Shown here in pieces: positions 9,751 through 19,354 of a stretch of DNA of 53,363 nucleotides. Location of the stretch: positions 1 through 53,363 of IMG/VR virus record IMGVR_UViG_3300032303_002406, one strand, 5' to 3'. The position numbers and the translations under genes are program-made. The DNA is from a virus. Taxonomy: Duplodnaviria > Caudoviricetes. Under the pieces are notes generated by a model. The model did not search any database, was not told where the DNA came from, and saw only the letters and a program-made list of their open reading frames with translations. The first letter of the stretch is position 1; the number at the start of each line of letters is the position of its first letter.

Positions 9751-10263
9751 ATGGCTACTAATACAATAAATCTAGCATCTGTAGATGACTCGGCTAAAAA
9801 TTTAGCTAACCTTATGCAAGGTGTTCTTGATGCGGTTATTAATACATATCAGTCCTATAGCATGCCTCTTCCAGGTCGTCGCTACTGGACCCTCGGTCAG
9901 CCATCTGTTGACTGTGATCAAGTAGTTGTATCGATGTTACAAATGTATATTGGATCTCCGGGAGATGAAGCAACAGAGCCTCGTCGTTGTAATGATCCAA
10001 GAAGTGCAACTCTTACCGTGTCTGTATCTAGAGCAGTTCCTGTTGTAGGTCCTAGCGGTAATGCACCTGCAGCAGATGATATTCAAGATGCATCCACAGT
10101 ATCTGCATATGATGCTTGGATTCTTTTGGATAGCGCAAAGCTCTTAGATCAATGGAATCCAAATGGAACTTTTGGTTTAGGTGTTATTGCAACTGTTGAA
10201 ACAAATGCACCAGAAGGTGGTTATCAAACCGTTACTATGACAATTACGGTAGCAGTTCCGTAA
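9751..10263 (+). CDS. Head-tail joining / tail terminator-like protein
   Basis: Position; DCDQ and PEGG motifs seen in the equivalent actinophage gene. Confidence 0.5.
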   Translation: MATNTINLASVDDSAKNLANLMQGVLDAVINTYQSYSMPLPGRRYWTLGQPSVDCDQVVVSMLQMYIGSPGDEATEPRRCNDPRSATLTVSVSRAVPVVGPSGNAPAADDIQDASTVSAYDAWILLDSAKLLDQWNPNGTFGLGVIATVETNAPEGGYQTVTMTITVAVP

Positions 10264-10655
10264 TGACTGTCCGTATCCAATGGTTTAAGCCAGCTATACA
10301 AAATCTTCTTTATGATCCAAATGGTGATCTTGGGAAGTATATGCGTAGAAAAGGTGATGCAATCATTGCACTTGCAAAGGTGCAAGTTGGTGTTAGAACA
10401 GGAAGACTTCAAAGATCTATTGCACATAAGAGGCACTTTAGAGATGCTAGAGGCCAACAAATGTGGATTGGTTCTGATGTTCACTATGCACTAGTGCATC
10501 ACGAAGGAAGAGGCCCTCAAGTTATTGTTCCAAAATCTGGAAAGGTTTTGAGATTTGTATCAAGAGGTCAAATAGTCTTTGCTCATAAGGTAGTTCAGAG
10601 TGGTACTAAACCAAATAGATATCTATCTGACCCTTTGAGGAAAGTGATAAAATAA
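10263..10655 (+). CDS. HK97 gp10-like neck/tail completion protein
   Basis: VRTGRLQRSI, V.YA..HHEG and GTKPNRYL motifs. Confidence 0.7.
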   Translation: MTVRIQWFKPAIQNLLYDPNGDLGKYMRRKGDAIIALAKVQVGVRTGRLQRSIAHKRHFRDARGQQMWIGSDVHYALVHHEGRGPQVIVPKSGKVLRFVSRGQIVFAHKVVQSGTKPNRYLSDPLRKVIK

Positions 10656-10691
10656 TAACGTAGTAAATCAACGACAGAATAGGAATAATAG

Positions 10692-11042
10692 ATGACAACA
10701 CGATTTAAAGATTTTGGATCTGGCGGCGAAATTAATGTAGAGCCTCTTGCATTCAAACTACATGGAGAAGACTTTAAATGTCGTCCAGCATTGCAAGGTA
10801 AAGCAATTCTAGATATGGCATCTAACTCTAGCTCCCAAGATCCTGCAGATATTTCAAAATCACTATATGGATTTTTTGAAAAGTCTCTTGAGACAGAAAG
10901 CTATACACGCTTTGTAACATTGCTTGATGACCCAGACAAAATTGTAACTGTTGAATCTCTTGGAGAGATTGCAGGATGGCTAGTAGAACAGTACTCAGGC
11001 CGTCCTCAACAGGGGCCAGAGCAATCTGCGAGTGGGCAGTAG
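10692..11042 (+). CDS. Tail assembly chaperone (G-like)
   Basis: 116 aa ORF two genes before the tape measure, ending WLVEQYSGRP. Confidence 0.7.
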   Translation: MTTRFKDFGSGGEINVEPLAFKLHGEDFKCRPALQGKAILDMASNSSSQDPADISKSLYGFFEKSLETESYTRFVTLLDDPDKIVTVESLGEIAGWLVEQYSGRPQQGPEQSASGQ

Positions 11043-11428
11043 ATATCTGGCCGTATATAAACGGTAAAGCGTTAACTCAAGGTTTAAGATTGGAGGAGAT
11101 GGAAATGTCTGAAATGTTAGATGTTCTACATTATTACATGGAAGAAGATTACAACCTCTCTTCTGGTGACCAGATCGATGCTCGATCTAAATTGAGAAAA
11201 ACAATTTACAAATTAATGTACAACAAAGAGTATGTATTTGGAACTTCATCTAGTGCAAATACATCTCCAGTTATGGCTAATGGATTAGCTGATACTGATC
11301 CTTACGATGATGTTGTACCAGTAGATCCAATTAAAGGACCTACGAAGTCTTTTGTCCCCCCTACAGACTTCAATCCTGATTTAGTAAAGCCATTCGGAGA
11401 TGTACTAGATGCCCCACTGGGTCTTTAG
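10976..11428 (+). CDS. Tail assembly chaperone C-terminal part (T-like), probably reached by -1 frameshift or an internal start
   Basis: Overlaps the upstream ORF in the -1 frame; W...W...NG and LDVLHY motifs; directly precedes the tape measure. Confidence 0.6.
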   Translation: MASRTVLRPSSTGARAICEWAVDIWPYINGKALTQGLRLEEMEMSEMLDVLHYYMEEDYNLSSGDQIDARSKLRKTIYKLMYNKEYVFGTSSSANTSPVMANGLADTDPYDDVVPVDPIKGPTKSFVPPTDFNPDLVKPFGDVLDAPLGL

Positions 11429-11455
11429 TATTTAGATGTTAGGAGGTGATGGCAT

Positions 11456-14400
11456 ATGGCAATAGTTGGTAGTGCAGAAATAATTGTTAAAGCCATCACC
11501 ACTGGCTTTAAAGATGATGTAAAGAAACAACTTAGTGGTCTTGATGGCATTGGTAATGATGCTGGAGATAGTGTTGGAAAAGCATTTAGTAGAGGTCTTT
11601 CTAAAGGTGCTGGAGAAAATGTTGCTAGCATTCTTAATATTGGTAATTTAGTAAAAGAAGCAGAGTCAGCTAAAGAAGCTTTTGCTAATTTTCAAAGACA
11701 AGGATTTGTTACTGTATCTGCACTAACTGCCTTGGGTGGAGCTGTTGGAGCTCTTATTGGTGGAATTGGAATTCTTGGAGCTACTGTAGTTGCAGCTACT
11801 CCTGTATTAGTTGGCTTTGGAAATATCTTTGCTGGATTAGCTGTCAGTGCTGCTGTATTAAAGGGAGTTTTTAGCGGTGTAACTGAAGCTATTCAAGCTA
11901 AAGCTAAAGCTTTACAAGATGCTGCTGCAAATGCAGCACGAGTACAAGATGCAGAAGATAGATTAAATGATGCTAGTTATGCTTATTTACAAGTAGTAAA
12001 AGATCAAGCGCAAGCTTTAAAAGATCTTCAAGAAAGAAGAAATGATGCGGCTAACGCACTTGCTGACGCAAATCTTTCAGCAGAGCGTTCTGAGCGTTCA
12101 TATCAATATTCTGTAACTGCAACACAGAAAGCACTAGATGATGTAACCCTTGCTCGTCAACAAGCAAAAGAAGCTATTCAGCAACTTCGTTTTGAGCTTG
12201 AAGGTGGAGTTATTTCTGAAAAGAAAGCACGCCTTGAATTTGAAAAAGCTCGTGAATCCCTACAGCGTGTTCAAGATCTTCCACCTAACTCTCGTGCTCG
12301 CCGTGAGGCAGAGATTGCATTTTCTGAAGCAGATCTAAACCTTCGTAAAGCAATTGACAAAAATAATGATCTTCGTAAATCAAACGCTAAAGCAACTAAA
12401 GATGGCGTTGATGGTAATAAATCAGTTGTGGCTTCCGAGCTTGCATATAAAAAAGCAAAAGATGCTCAGAGTGATGCAGAAATTGATGCAGCCAAAGCTG
12501 TTCGTTCTGTGTTTGAAGCTAAAAAAGAACTTCAAAAAATTGATGATCAGCTTGCAGTCGGGTCAGAAAGAGAATTAAAAAATCTTAGAGAGCTAGAGCT
12601 TGCTCAAAGAGCGGTGGATCGTGCTACTAGAGATCTTGCTCTTGCTAAAAAACAAGCTTCTGGAAATACTCCAGGTCTACCAGTAATTTCACCTGCTGCT
12701 AAAGATTTCGTTGACTATATAATTGAACTTAAGAAGAAACTAACAGAGCTAAAACTTCTTCTTCAAGAAGCATTTTTTCCTAAATTTACAGAAGCAGTCA
12801 AACTTCTTGCTGAAACCTATCTTCCTAAACTTAAAGACCTACTACCTCCTATTGCAGATGCCCTTGCACAGTTTGCTTTAGATTTTGCTAAAGCATTTAC
12901 AACTCCTCAAAAAGTAAAAGAGTTTGAAACAATACTTGGATCTATACCTACTCTTATTGCAAACTACGGTAGTGCAGTTACAGATCTTGCCTCATCGTTT
13001 ACTACTTTAACTGCAGAATTTACTCCTTACGCTGTTAAATTTTCAGCTTATGTAAAAGACCAAGCAGAAGCTCTTAAAAATACTATTGAGCTAAAAGCTA
13101 AAAATGGAGAACTTAAAAAGATCTTTGATACAGCAACAGAGATTATGTACTCTCTTTTCCGTTCAATGGGAAATATTTTTGGAACTATTGGAAATATTGT
13201 TTCTGCTACCTTTAGTAAAGGTGGAGGCGGATGGTATTTCCTTGATTGGCTTGAAAAAGTAACTCAGGGTTGGGAAACTTTTACTAAAAAAGCTGATAAA
13301 AATGGAACTTTAGATAAATATATTCTTGGACTTAGTCAAAACTTTACTAAAATTCTTGAAATTATTGGACTTGTTGTTAAAGGAATGCTTGATATTGGTG
13401 CAAGCCCTGGATTTGGTAAATTCTTAGATTCTCTTAAAAATGCTACAAAAACATTTAATGGTATCGGTACAGATATTGCAAATGGTGCTCTTCCTATGGT
13501 AGGTAAGTTTATTGAAAAACTTGCAACATTTATTTCTATTGTTTTAGATTCTGGACCTATCAAGGCATTCTTTGGCGTTCTTTATGTTGCAATGAGTGCA
13601 GTTGTTGCTCTTTTAGATAATGACTTTATGAGAGCATTTATGGCTGGTCATGGTGTTATTATTGGTATCGGTCTTGCTTTTGGGCTTTTATCTAAGGCTG
13701 CAATGTTTATGGGTAGGGTTTTTGTTGGTGCAATTTTGCCATTTGATAAACTTCTTGCTCTTCTTCCTCAGACTTGGAATTGGGTATACAAGCTTAGATT
13801 TGCAATGCTTGCTCTTGCAGAAGGTGAGCTAGCTCTTGCTGCTCCTATTCTTATAGTTGTTGCTGCTATTGCTGCAATTATTGCAACTTTAGTTCTTGCT
13901 TATCAAAAGAGTGAAATATTTAGAAAGGCAATTGCTGATTTAGTTTCTGCAGTAAAGACAGCAATTAGTGAAGGTTTCGATAAGATCAAGGCAGCAATTG
14001 CTGATGCTCTTCCATTTATGGATAAAATGGGTAATGTATTTAAATGGATTGGCGATATGATTGGTACATATGTTGTGCCTATTATTAAAGTAATTTTAGT
14101 AGGTGCAATTAATTATATAGTAGATGTTATTGTTGCTTTTATTAAAGTAATTGGTGGAATTGTAGGAGCATTTAAAGCTGTTTGGGATGGTTTAGCTCCA
14201 ATAGTTACTGGAATTGTAAATGTAGTTAAAGGTATGGTCTCTAAAATTGGAGACATAATTGGCGGCATTGCTGGATTCTTTAAAAATTCATTTTCAACTG
14301 CAGTAGATGCAGCAAAAGGAATATTAAATCAATTTATTACTGTATACAACAACACTCTTGGAAAACTTAAATTTACTGTTCCTAAATGGTTCCCTATAGG

Positions 14401-14701
14401 TGGAGGAAGTACTATAGGATTTCCTACAATTACCCCTCTTGCTATGGGTGGAATCGTTAACCCTAAAAATGGTGGAACACTTGCTCAGCTGGCTGAAGCA
14501 GGTAAGCCAGAGCGTGTAGAACCTCTTGATCCAGATGGATTATCTAAGCGTGATAAGGCAATGATTCAAATGCTTGCTGGTAATAACAATGCTGGAAATA
14601 TAAATATTACAGTTAACCCATCTCCAGGAATGGATGAAAGAGAGCTTGCTAACTTGGTATCTCGTCAACTTGCATATCAGATGCGTAAGGGAGCAGCGTA
14701 A
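11456..14701 (+). CDS. Tape measure protein
   Basis: 1081 aa, SD AGGAGGT, Ala-rich coiled coil, hydrophobic segments, W/F-spaced repeats, C-terminal LAMGGIV...AEAG.PE.V.PL. Confidence 0.9.
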   Translation: MAIVGSAEIIVKAITTGFKDDVKKQLSGLDGIGNDAGDSVGKAFSRGLSKGAGENVASILNIGNLVKEAESAKEAFANFQRQGFVTVSALTALGGAVGALIGGIGILGATVVAATPVLVGFGNIFAGLAVSAAVLKGVFSGVTEAIQAKAKALQDAAANAARVQDAEDRLNDASYAYLQVVKDQAQALKDLQERRNDAANALADANLSAERSERSYQYSVTATQKALDDVTLARQQAKEAIQQLRFELEGGVISEKKARLEFEKARESLQRVQDLPPNSRARREAEIAFSEADLNLRKAIDKNNDLRKSNAKATKDGVDGNKSVVASELAYKKAKDAQSDAEIDAAKAVRSVFEAKKELQKIDDQLAVGSERELKNLRELELAQRAVDRATRDLALAKKQASGNTPGLPVISPAAKDFVDYIIELKKKLTELKLLLQEAFFPKFTEAVKLLAETYLPKLKDLLPPIADALAQFALDFAKAFTTPQKVKEFETILGSIPTLIANYGSAVTDLASSFTTLTAEFTPYAVKFSAYVKDQAEALKNTIELKAKNGELKKIFDTATEIMYSLFRSMGNIFGTIGNIVSATFSKGGGGWYFLDWLEKVTQGWETFTKKADKNGTLDKYILGLSQNFTKILEIIGLVVKGMLDIGASPGFGKFLDSLKNATKTFNGIGTDIANGALPMVGKFIEKLATFISIVLDSGPIKAFFGVLYVAMSAVVALLDNDFMRAFMAGHGVIIGIGLAFGLLSKAAMFMGRVFVGAILPFDKLLALLPQTWNWVYKLRFAMLALAEGELALAAPILIVVAAIAAIIATLVLAYQKSEIFRKAIADLVSAVKTAISEGFDKIKAAIADALPFMDKMGNVFKWIGDMIGTYVVPIIKVILVGAINYIVDVIVAFIKVIGGIVGAFKAVWDGLAPIVTGIVNVVKGMVSKIGDIIGGIAGFFKNSFSTAVDAAKGILNQFITVYNNTLGKLKFTVPKWFPIGGGSTIGFPTITPLAMGGIVNPKNGGTLAQLAEAGKPERVEPLDPDGLSKRDKAMIQMLAGNNNAGNINITVNPSPGMDERELANLVSRQLAYQMRKGAA

Positions 14702-17292
14702 TGTCTGAAATTTTAAATCAAAGTCAAGAAACAACAGTAGTCAATAAGTCCTTAACAAAACTACCATTCCCACACCTAACGGGAATGAAGCTTCAAGCAG
14801 ACATTGTGCTTGGAGATTTTGTATTTAATACTGTCGATGAGTATGGAGTTATTTGGGTAATTACAGATATTGAAGGGTGGTGGCAGCATCCAGATACAGA
14901 TATTCCAGATATTCCAAGAGGTCTTACAGATGGATCTTATGATGTTAAGGGTCGTTATAGAGCTCGTATTCTTGCCCTTACGGGATCATTTTTAACTCCT
15001 ACTCCAGATTTAGTAGAGGCAGCTCGTGATCGTCTTATTGCTGCAACAAACCTTGTTTATAAGGGTGCATGGCTTAAGACAGGTACTGCATCGGATAATA
15101 AGAGATCTTCCTTTGTCCGCTTAAGTGGGCAGCCAGAAATTCGCACAGTCCAAGCCCGTGGTCGCACAGATTTTACTATTGGACTGAAAGCTGCAGATCC
15201 TATTAAGTATGCTTGGAACGATTCTAATCCCGATGGATATGTCATCTCTGAAATTCCAGCAGCAAATAGAACTACTGGCACACTTGGTTTAGAAACAATT
15301 ACCAATGCTGGAAATGTTGCAGTTCCTATTGCCCTTGAAATTAGCGGTCCTATTACTGGTCCAGCTAAAATTTACAATAAAACTACAGATAAACTTTTAT
15401 ATGTAATTTCTAGTTTAAGAGGAAGAGTTACTTCTTCTATTGTAAATAAACAATCTTCTTTTGATTCAACACTTATTGACGATGTTGCCACTTTAACAAC
15501 TACTACACCTCATCAGCTTCTTGTAGGAGATAATGTGGATGTAAGTGGTCTTTCTGAACAATATCTTAATGGAACAGTTACAGTTGCATCTATACCTACA
15601 AGTACCACTTTTACCTATGTTCTATCAAGTACGGTATCTTCTGTAAAAAATATAATTTCTAAAAAACTTGTATCTAGTGTAGCAACTATAGGAACATCTG
15701 TAGCTCACGGTTTTTCTACAGGAAACTCGGTATTTATTCAAGATGTTGATTCTGTTTTTGATGGAACTTATACCATCACGGCTACACCTACATCTACTTC
15801 TTTTACATATACTAAAACTAGAAATACTCCAAAAAATGTATCTGGTGCAATTCTTATATCTAATATTGCAACTTTAACTACAACAGAAGCTCATGGTTAT
15901 ATTGTAGGTGAAAATGTTACTGTTTCTGGTATTGATAGTAACTATAATGGATCTTATCAAATATTAAAAATAGATGCACCTAATACATTTAGCTATGCAT
16001 TAACAAGAACAAATACAAAAGCTATAACAAGCAAAGCTATGACTTCAGATGTTGCAACTATCACTATGTCAAGCGCCCATGGTTTTATTGTAAATGAAAA
16101 TGTTTTAATTGCAGACTTAGATCAAACTTTTGACGGCGTATATAAAATAACATCTATTCCTACTACATCTACTTTTACTTATAATCTTGTAAGAGATACA
16201 GTAAAAAGTGTAAGTATTAGATCTTTATTTTCAAATGTTGCAACTCTTACAGTTACGGAAGCTCATGGCTTTCTTCCAGGAGAACAAGTTTTAGTAGAAA
16301 ATGTTGATTCAAAATATAATGGAACATATACAATAACTCAAATTCCATCAGCTAACACATTTAGCTATGCTAAAACAAGTACAGATGAAACTGCAAATAG
16401 CTTTAGTACAGATGGAACTGTAAAACCTACAAAGCGTTTAGTTATTGCTAGACAACTTGTTGGAGGTATAGCTACATTAACTACATCATCAGCTCACGGG
16501 TTATTTGTAGGAGAATCTATTGTAATCTCTAGTATGGGGTCCTCATTTGATGGATCTTATACAGTTTTATCAACTCCTAATACAAATACATTTACTTATG
16601 CAAAATCTGCATCCAATGTTAGTTATGGTCCAGCAGGTGCTAATATTGCATCTAGAGTTAGATCTGGATCACTTGCAACAATTGTGACATCTATACCCCA
16701 TAATTTTTCTCCTGGACAATATGCAACAATTTCTAATTTAGATACAGCTGCCGCAGCGCTTAATGGAACTTATTTAATTAACGTGCTTGATGCAACAACT
16801 TTTACATATTCGACTACTACCAGCGGTGCAATTGCAACAGCGGCTGCACCATCTTCTGCAGTAGTTACTGGAGGTTATGTAGCTATTTCAAGAAATATTA
16901 CATCTGTTGCAGATTCTGGCTCGGCAAGTGTTGGTGGAAGTCTTCCATTTACATCTATATCTGGCTCTACAGTTGTACCGGGAGATATTACTGGTGATGG
17001 GGGTGGAGCTCTTGATTCATCTGGATATGCTGTAAAGAAAATTGAAATTCCTTTTACACCTGGTGTTACAGGAGCATCTGTTGACTTTGGCCCAGATGTT
17101 TTAGAAGTTGATACTCTAACAAGAGATGTTTACCTAAATGGCTCTACAGATAATGCTAGAGCTAAACTTGACGTATTAACTGACTTTTTCTATTTAGATC
17201 CCGGTCAAAATCAAATTGAATTTACCGATACAAGTGAGGCAAGCAGTACTGCTTTAACTAAGATATTCTACAGATCTGGCTGGCTAGGCTAG
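14701..17292 (+). CDS. Distal tail (Dit-like) protein with seven inserted ~60-aa beta-domain repeats
   Basis: Follows the TMP; IEGWW, L.A.DP.KY, TNAGN..VP...I.GP and C-terminal L.VDT..R.V.LNG...FF.L.PGQN...RSGW Dit motifs flank 7 ATxTTxxxH[G/N] repeats. Confidence 0.75.
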   Translation: MSEILNQSQETTVVNKSLTKLPFPHLTGMKLQADIVLGDFVFNTVDEYGVIWVITDIEGWWQHPDTDIPDIPRGLTDGSYDVKGRYRARILALTGSFLTPTPDLVEAARDRLIAATNLVYKGAWLKTGTASDNKRSSFVRLSGQPEIRTVQARGRTDFTIGLKAADPIKYAWNDSNPDGYVISEIPAANRTTGTLGLETITNAGNVAVPIALEISGPITGPAKIYNKTTDKLLYVISSLRGRVTSSIVNKQSSFDSTLIDDVATLTTTTPHQLLVGDNVDVSGLSEQYLNGTVTVASIPTSTTFTYVLSSTVSSVKNIISKKLVSSVATIGTSVAHGFSTGNSVFIQDVDSVFDGTYTITATPTSTSFTYTKTRNTPKNVSGAILISNIATLTTTEAHGYIVGENVTVSGIDSNYNGSYQILKIDAPNTFSYALTRTNTKAITSKAMTSDVATITMSSAHGFIVNENVLIADLDQTFDGVYKITSIPTTSTFTYNLVRDTVKSVSIRSLFSNVATLTVTEAHGFLPGEQVLVENVDSKYNGTYTITQIPSANTFSYAKTSTDETANSFSTDGTVKPTKRLVIARQLVGGIATLTTSSAHGLFVGESIVISSMGSSFDGSYTVLSTPNTNTFTYAKSASNVSYGPAGANIASRVRSGSLATIVTSIPHNFSPGQYATISNLDTAAAALNGTYLINVLDATTFTYSTTTSGAIATAAAPSSAVVTGGYVAISRNITSVADSGSASVGGSLPFTSISGSTVVPGDITGDGGGALDSSGYAVKKIEIPFTPGVTGASVDFGPDVLEVDTLTRDVYLNGSTDNARAKLDVLTDFFYLDPGQNQIEFTDTSEASSTALTKIFYRSGWLG

Positions 17293-17320
17293 CCTTTACA
17301 AGAAAGAGACACAGAAGACA

Positions 17321-19354
17321 ATGAGTATTATTGACATTAGCTATCGGTACTTTCTTGTTGACCTATTGACTAATGAGGTTATAGCAGAAGTCCCTTTTCA
17401 AGGTGTTTCTTATGAAAGAGTTTTAAGAAAAGCTGGTGGATTTTCTGGAACTATTCCCGTAATTGCTGCTACTCAAAATTTAGATTTATATGAAGTAACT
17501 ATGCCAGGTAGAACAGCAATATACGTTATGAGAAATGATATCGTTGTTTGGGGAGGAATTATTTGGGCAAGAAAATATCAACAACTAAGTAAAACTCTTC
17601 AAGTAGATGCTTCAGAATTTACAAGTTATCTTTATCATAGACATATTTGGCAAACTTTAGTTTATGGTTCTGAATATATTGGAATATCTTCTTTTTCTGT
17701 AAATAATAAAGTCGCTACAATAACAACAGAAATACCTCACGGTTTTGCTATTAATAATTTTGTAAGAGTTACATATACAAACCCTGTAGTAAATGGAACT
17801 TATCAAGTAACAAGCGTCCCTAGTTCAAATAGTTTTACTTATGTCGTTGACTATAAAGATATTACAACCACTCCTATTACTAGCGGTGCAGCTAGAAAAC
17901 TTATAGATACATATGATTTTGTTAGAGATATTTTGTATCAGATGGGAACAGACCTAGCTGGCATAGGTTTTGCTAATGAGGTTTTAGATCCTTCAAAAAA
18001 ATTAGAAGCTGCAGTAGTATCTAAAAGAAGAGATGATGGTCTTGTAACTATAAGAACTTCAAGTGATCATTTTATTATTCCAGGACAAGAAGTAGAACTT
18101 GTTCAAGTTGGGTCTGGGCTAGATGGTTCTCATATAGTAACTGAGGTTCCAGATAGTAAAACTTTTAAACTACGGTATGAAGGTGGAAATATTTTAGAGA
18201 CAGCTTTGTCTGGAATAAGTAGTTTTTTTGTTACAAATAGATCTCTTACTTCTAAGGTAGCAACAATCACCACACACCTACCTCATAACGCAACTACAGG
18301 TCAAACTGCTGTCCTTACTGGAGTTGACTCTTTCTTTAGTGAAAGATTGGATCAAAACTTTGATGGAAGATTTGTAATAACAAGCACTCCAACTCCTACA
18401 ACTTTTACTTACGCTCTTCCAGATGCAACGGTAGATATTCCAGCAGCAACAGTTTCTGGTGGGACAGTTACTTTGGGAAGTAAAGCAATTTATGGAACAT
18501 TTGGCCCATATCTTGCAAATGCAAGCATAGGACTAGAAGTTGGAACTAAAGAAACAAGTGGTTTGTACCAGAATACTCAGTACATTAGAGGATTCGAGCT
18601 AAAAACTGTAGGAGAACTACTTGAGGATTACTCAAATAACCTTTATGGTTTTGAGTACCGTATTGACTGTGACTATGACTATGGAACAGGATCATTTACA
18701 AGATCTTTTGTGCTTTTAAACATAGAAAATCCAAATAATATTGCAGATGTAGGAGCAGCAACTGATGCAGAAAGATTAGGATATAACAAGATTGTTTTTG
18801 AATATCCGGGAAGTATTTCTGATTTTACAGTAGAAGAGAGTGCAGAAAATGCTGCAACTAGATTTTTTGTAGAAGGAAAGATAAATGACCTTTCTGATGC
18901 AGCAAGTCAGCCTTATTCTGTAGCAGCTGACCTTAATCTTTTAAATAATCCAAATGGAAGAAGCTGGCCACTACTTGATCAGGTAGAAATTATTGATAAT
19001 ACATTTAATGAAGATATTCTTTACTCTTATGCTGAAGAATATCTTTATGAATCAAAACCACCTATGGGTGATTTTACAGTTACTGTAAATGGAGCTCTTA
19101 ATCCTGTTTTAGGAACATACAATCCAGGCGATTGGTGCACATTAATTATTAATGACCCTTTTGTATTAGCTAGATTAGCAAATGACCAAGAGCCAAGAAA
19201 AGATATTATTGTTAGAAAAATTAACTCTTTTAAAGTTACTGTTCCAGATGCCCCTTCTTTTCCAGAGGTAGTTACTTTGGAACTTATAACTGACTGGAAG
19301 GTAGACAATGCAGGACAGACAGCTGGACTTACTAGAACCATTGGAGGTCAATAA
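17321..19354 (+). CDS. Minor tail / baseplate hub protein with three inserted beta-domain repeats
   Basis: YRY...DLLT....AEVP, VMRND..VWGGIIW.R, GFEYRID, FEYPG.I and GTY.PGD motifs of siphovirus hub proteins. Confidence 0.7.
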   Translation: MSIIDISYRYFLVDLLTNEVIAEVPFQGVSYERVLRKAGGFSGTIPVIAATQNLDLYEVTMPGRTAIYVMRNDIVVWGGIIWARKYQQLSKTLQVDASEFTSYLYHRHIWQTLVYGSEYIGISSFSVNNKVATITTEIPHGFAINNFVRVTYTNPVVNGTYQVTSVPSSNSFTYVVDYKDITTTPITSGAARKLIDTYDFVRDILYQMGTDLAGIGFANEVLDPSKKLEAAVVSKRRDDGLVTIRTSSDHFIIPGQEVELVQVGSGLDGSHIVTEVPDSKTFKLRYEGGNILETALSGISSFFVTNRSLTSKVATITTHLPHNATTGQTAVLTGVDSFFSERLDQNFDGRFVITSTPTPTTFTYALPDATVDIPAATVSGGTVTLGSKAIYGTFGPYLANASIGLEVGTKETSGLYQNTQYIRGFELKTVGELLEDYSNNLYGFEYRIDCDYDYGTGSFTRSFVLLNIENPNNIADVGAATDAERLGYNKIVFEYPGSISDFTVEESAENAATRFFVEGKINDLSDAASQPYSVAADLNLLNNPNGRSWPLLDQVEIIDNTFNEDILYSYAEEYLYESKPPMGDFTVTVNGALNPVLGTYNPGDWCTLIINDPFVLARLANDQEPRKDIIVRKINSFKVTVPDAPSFPEVVTLELITDWKVDNAGQTAGLTRTIGGQ

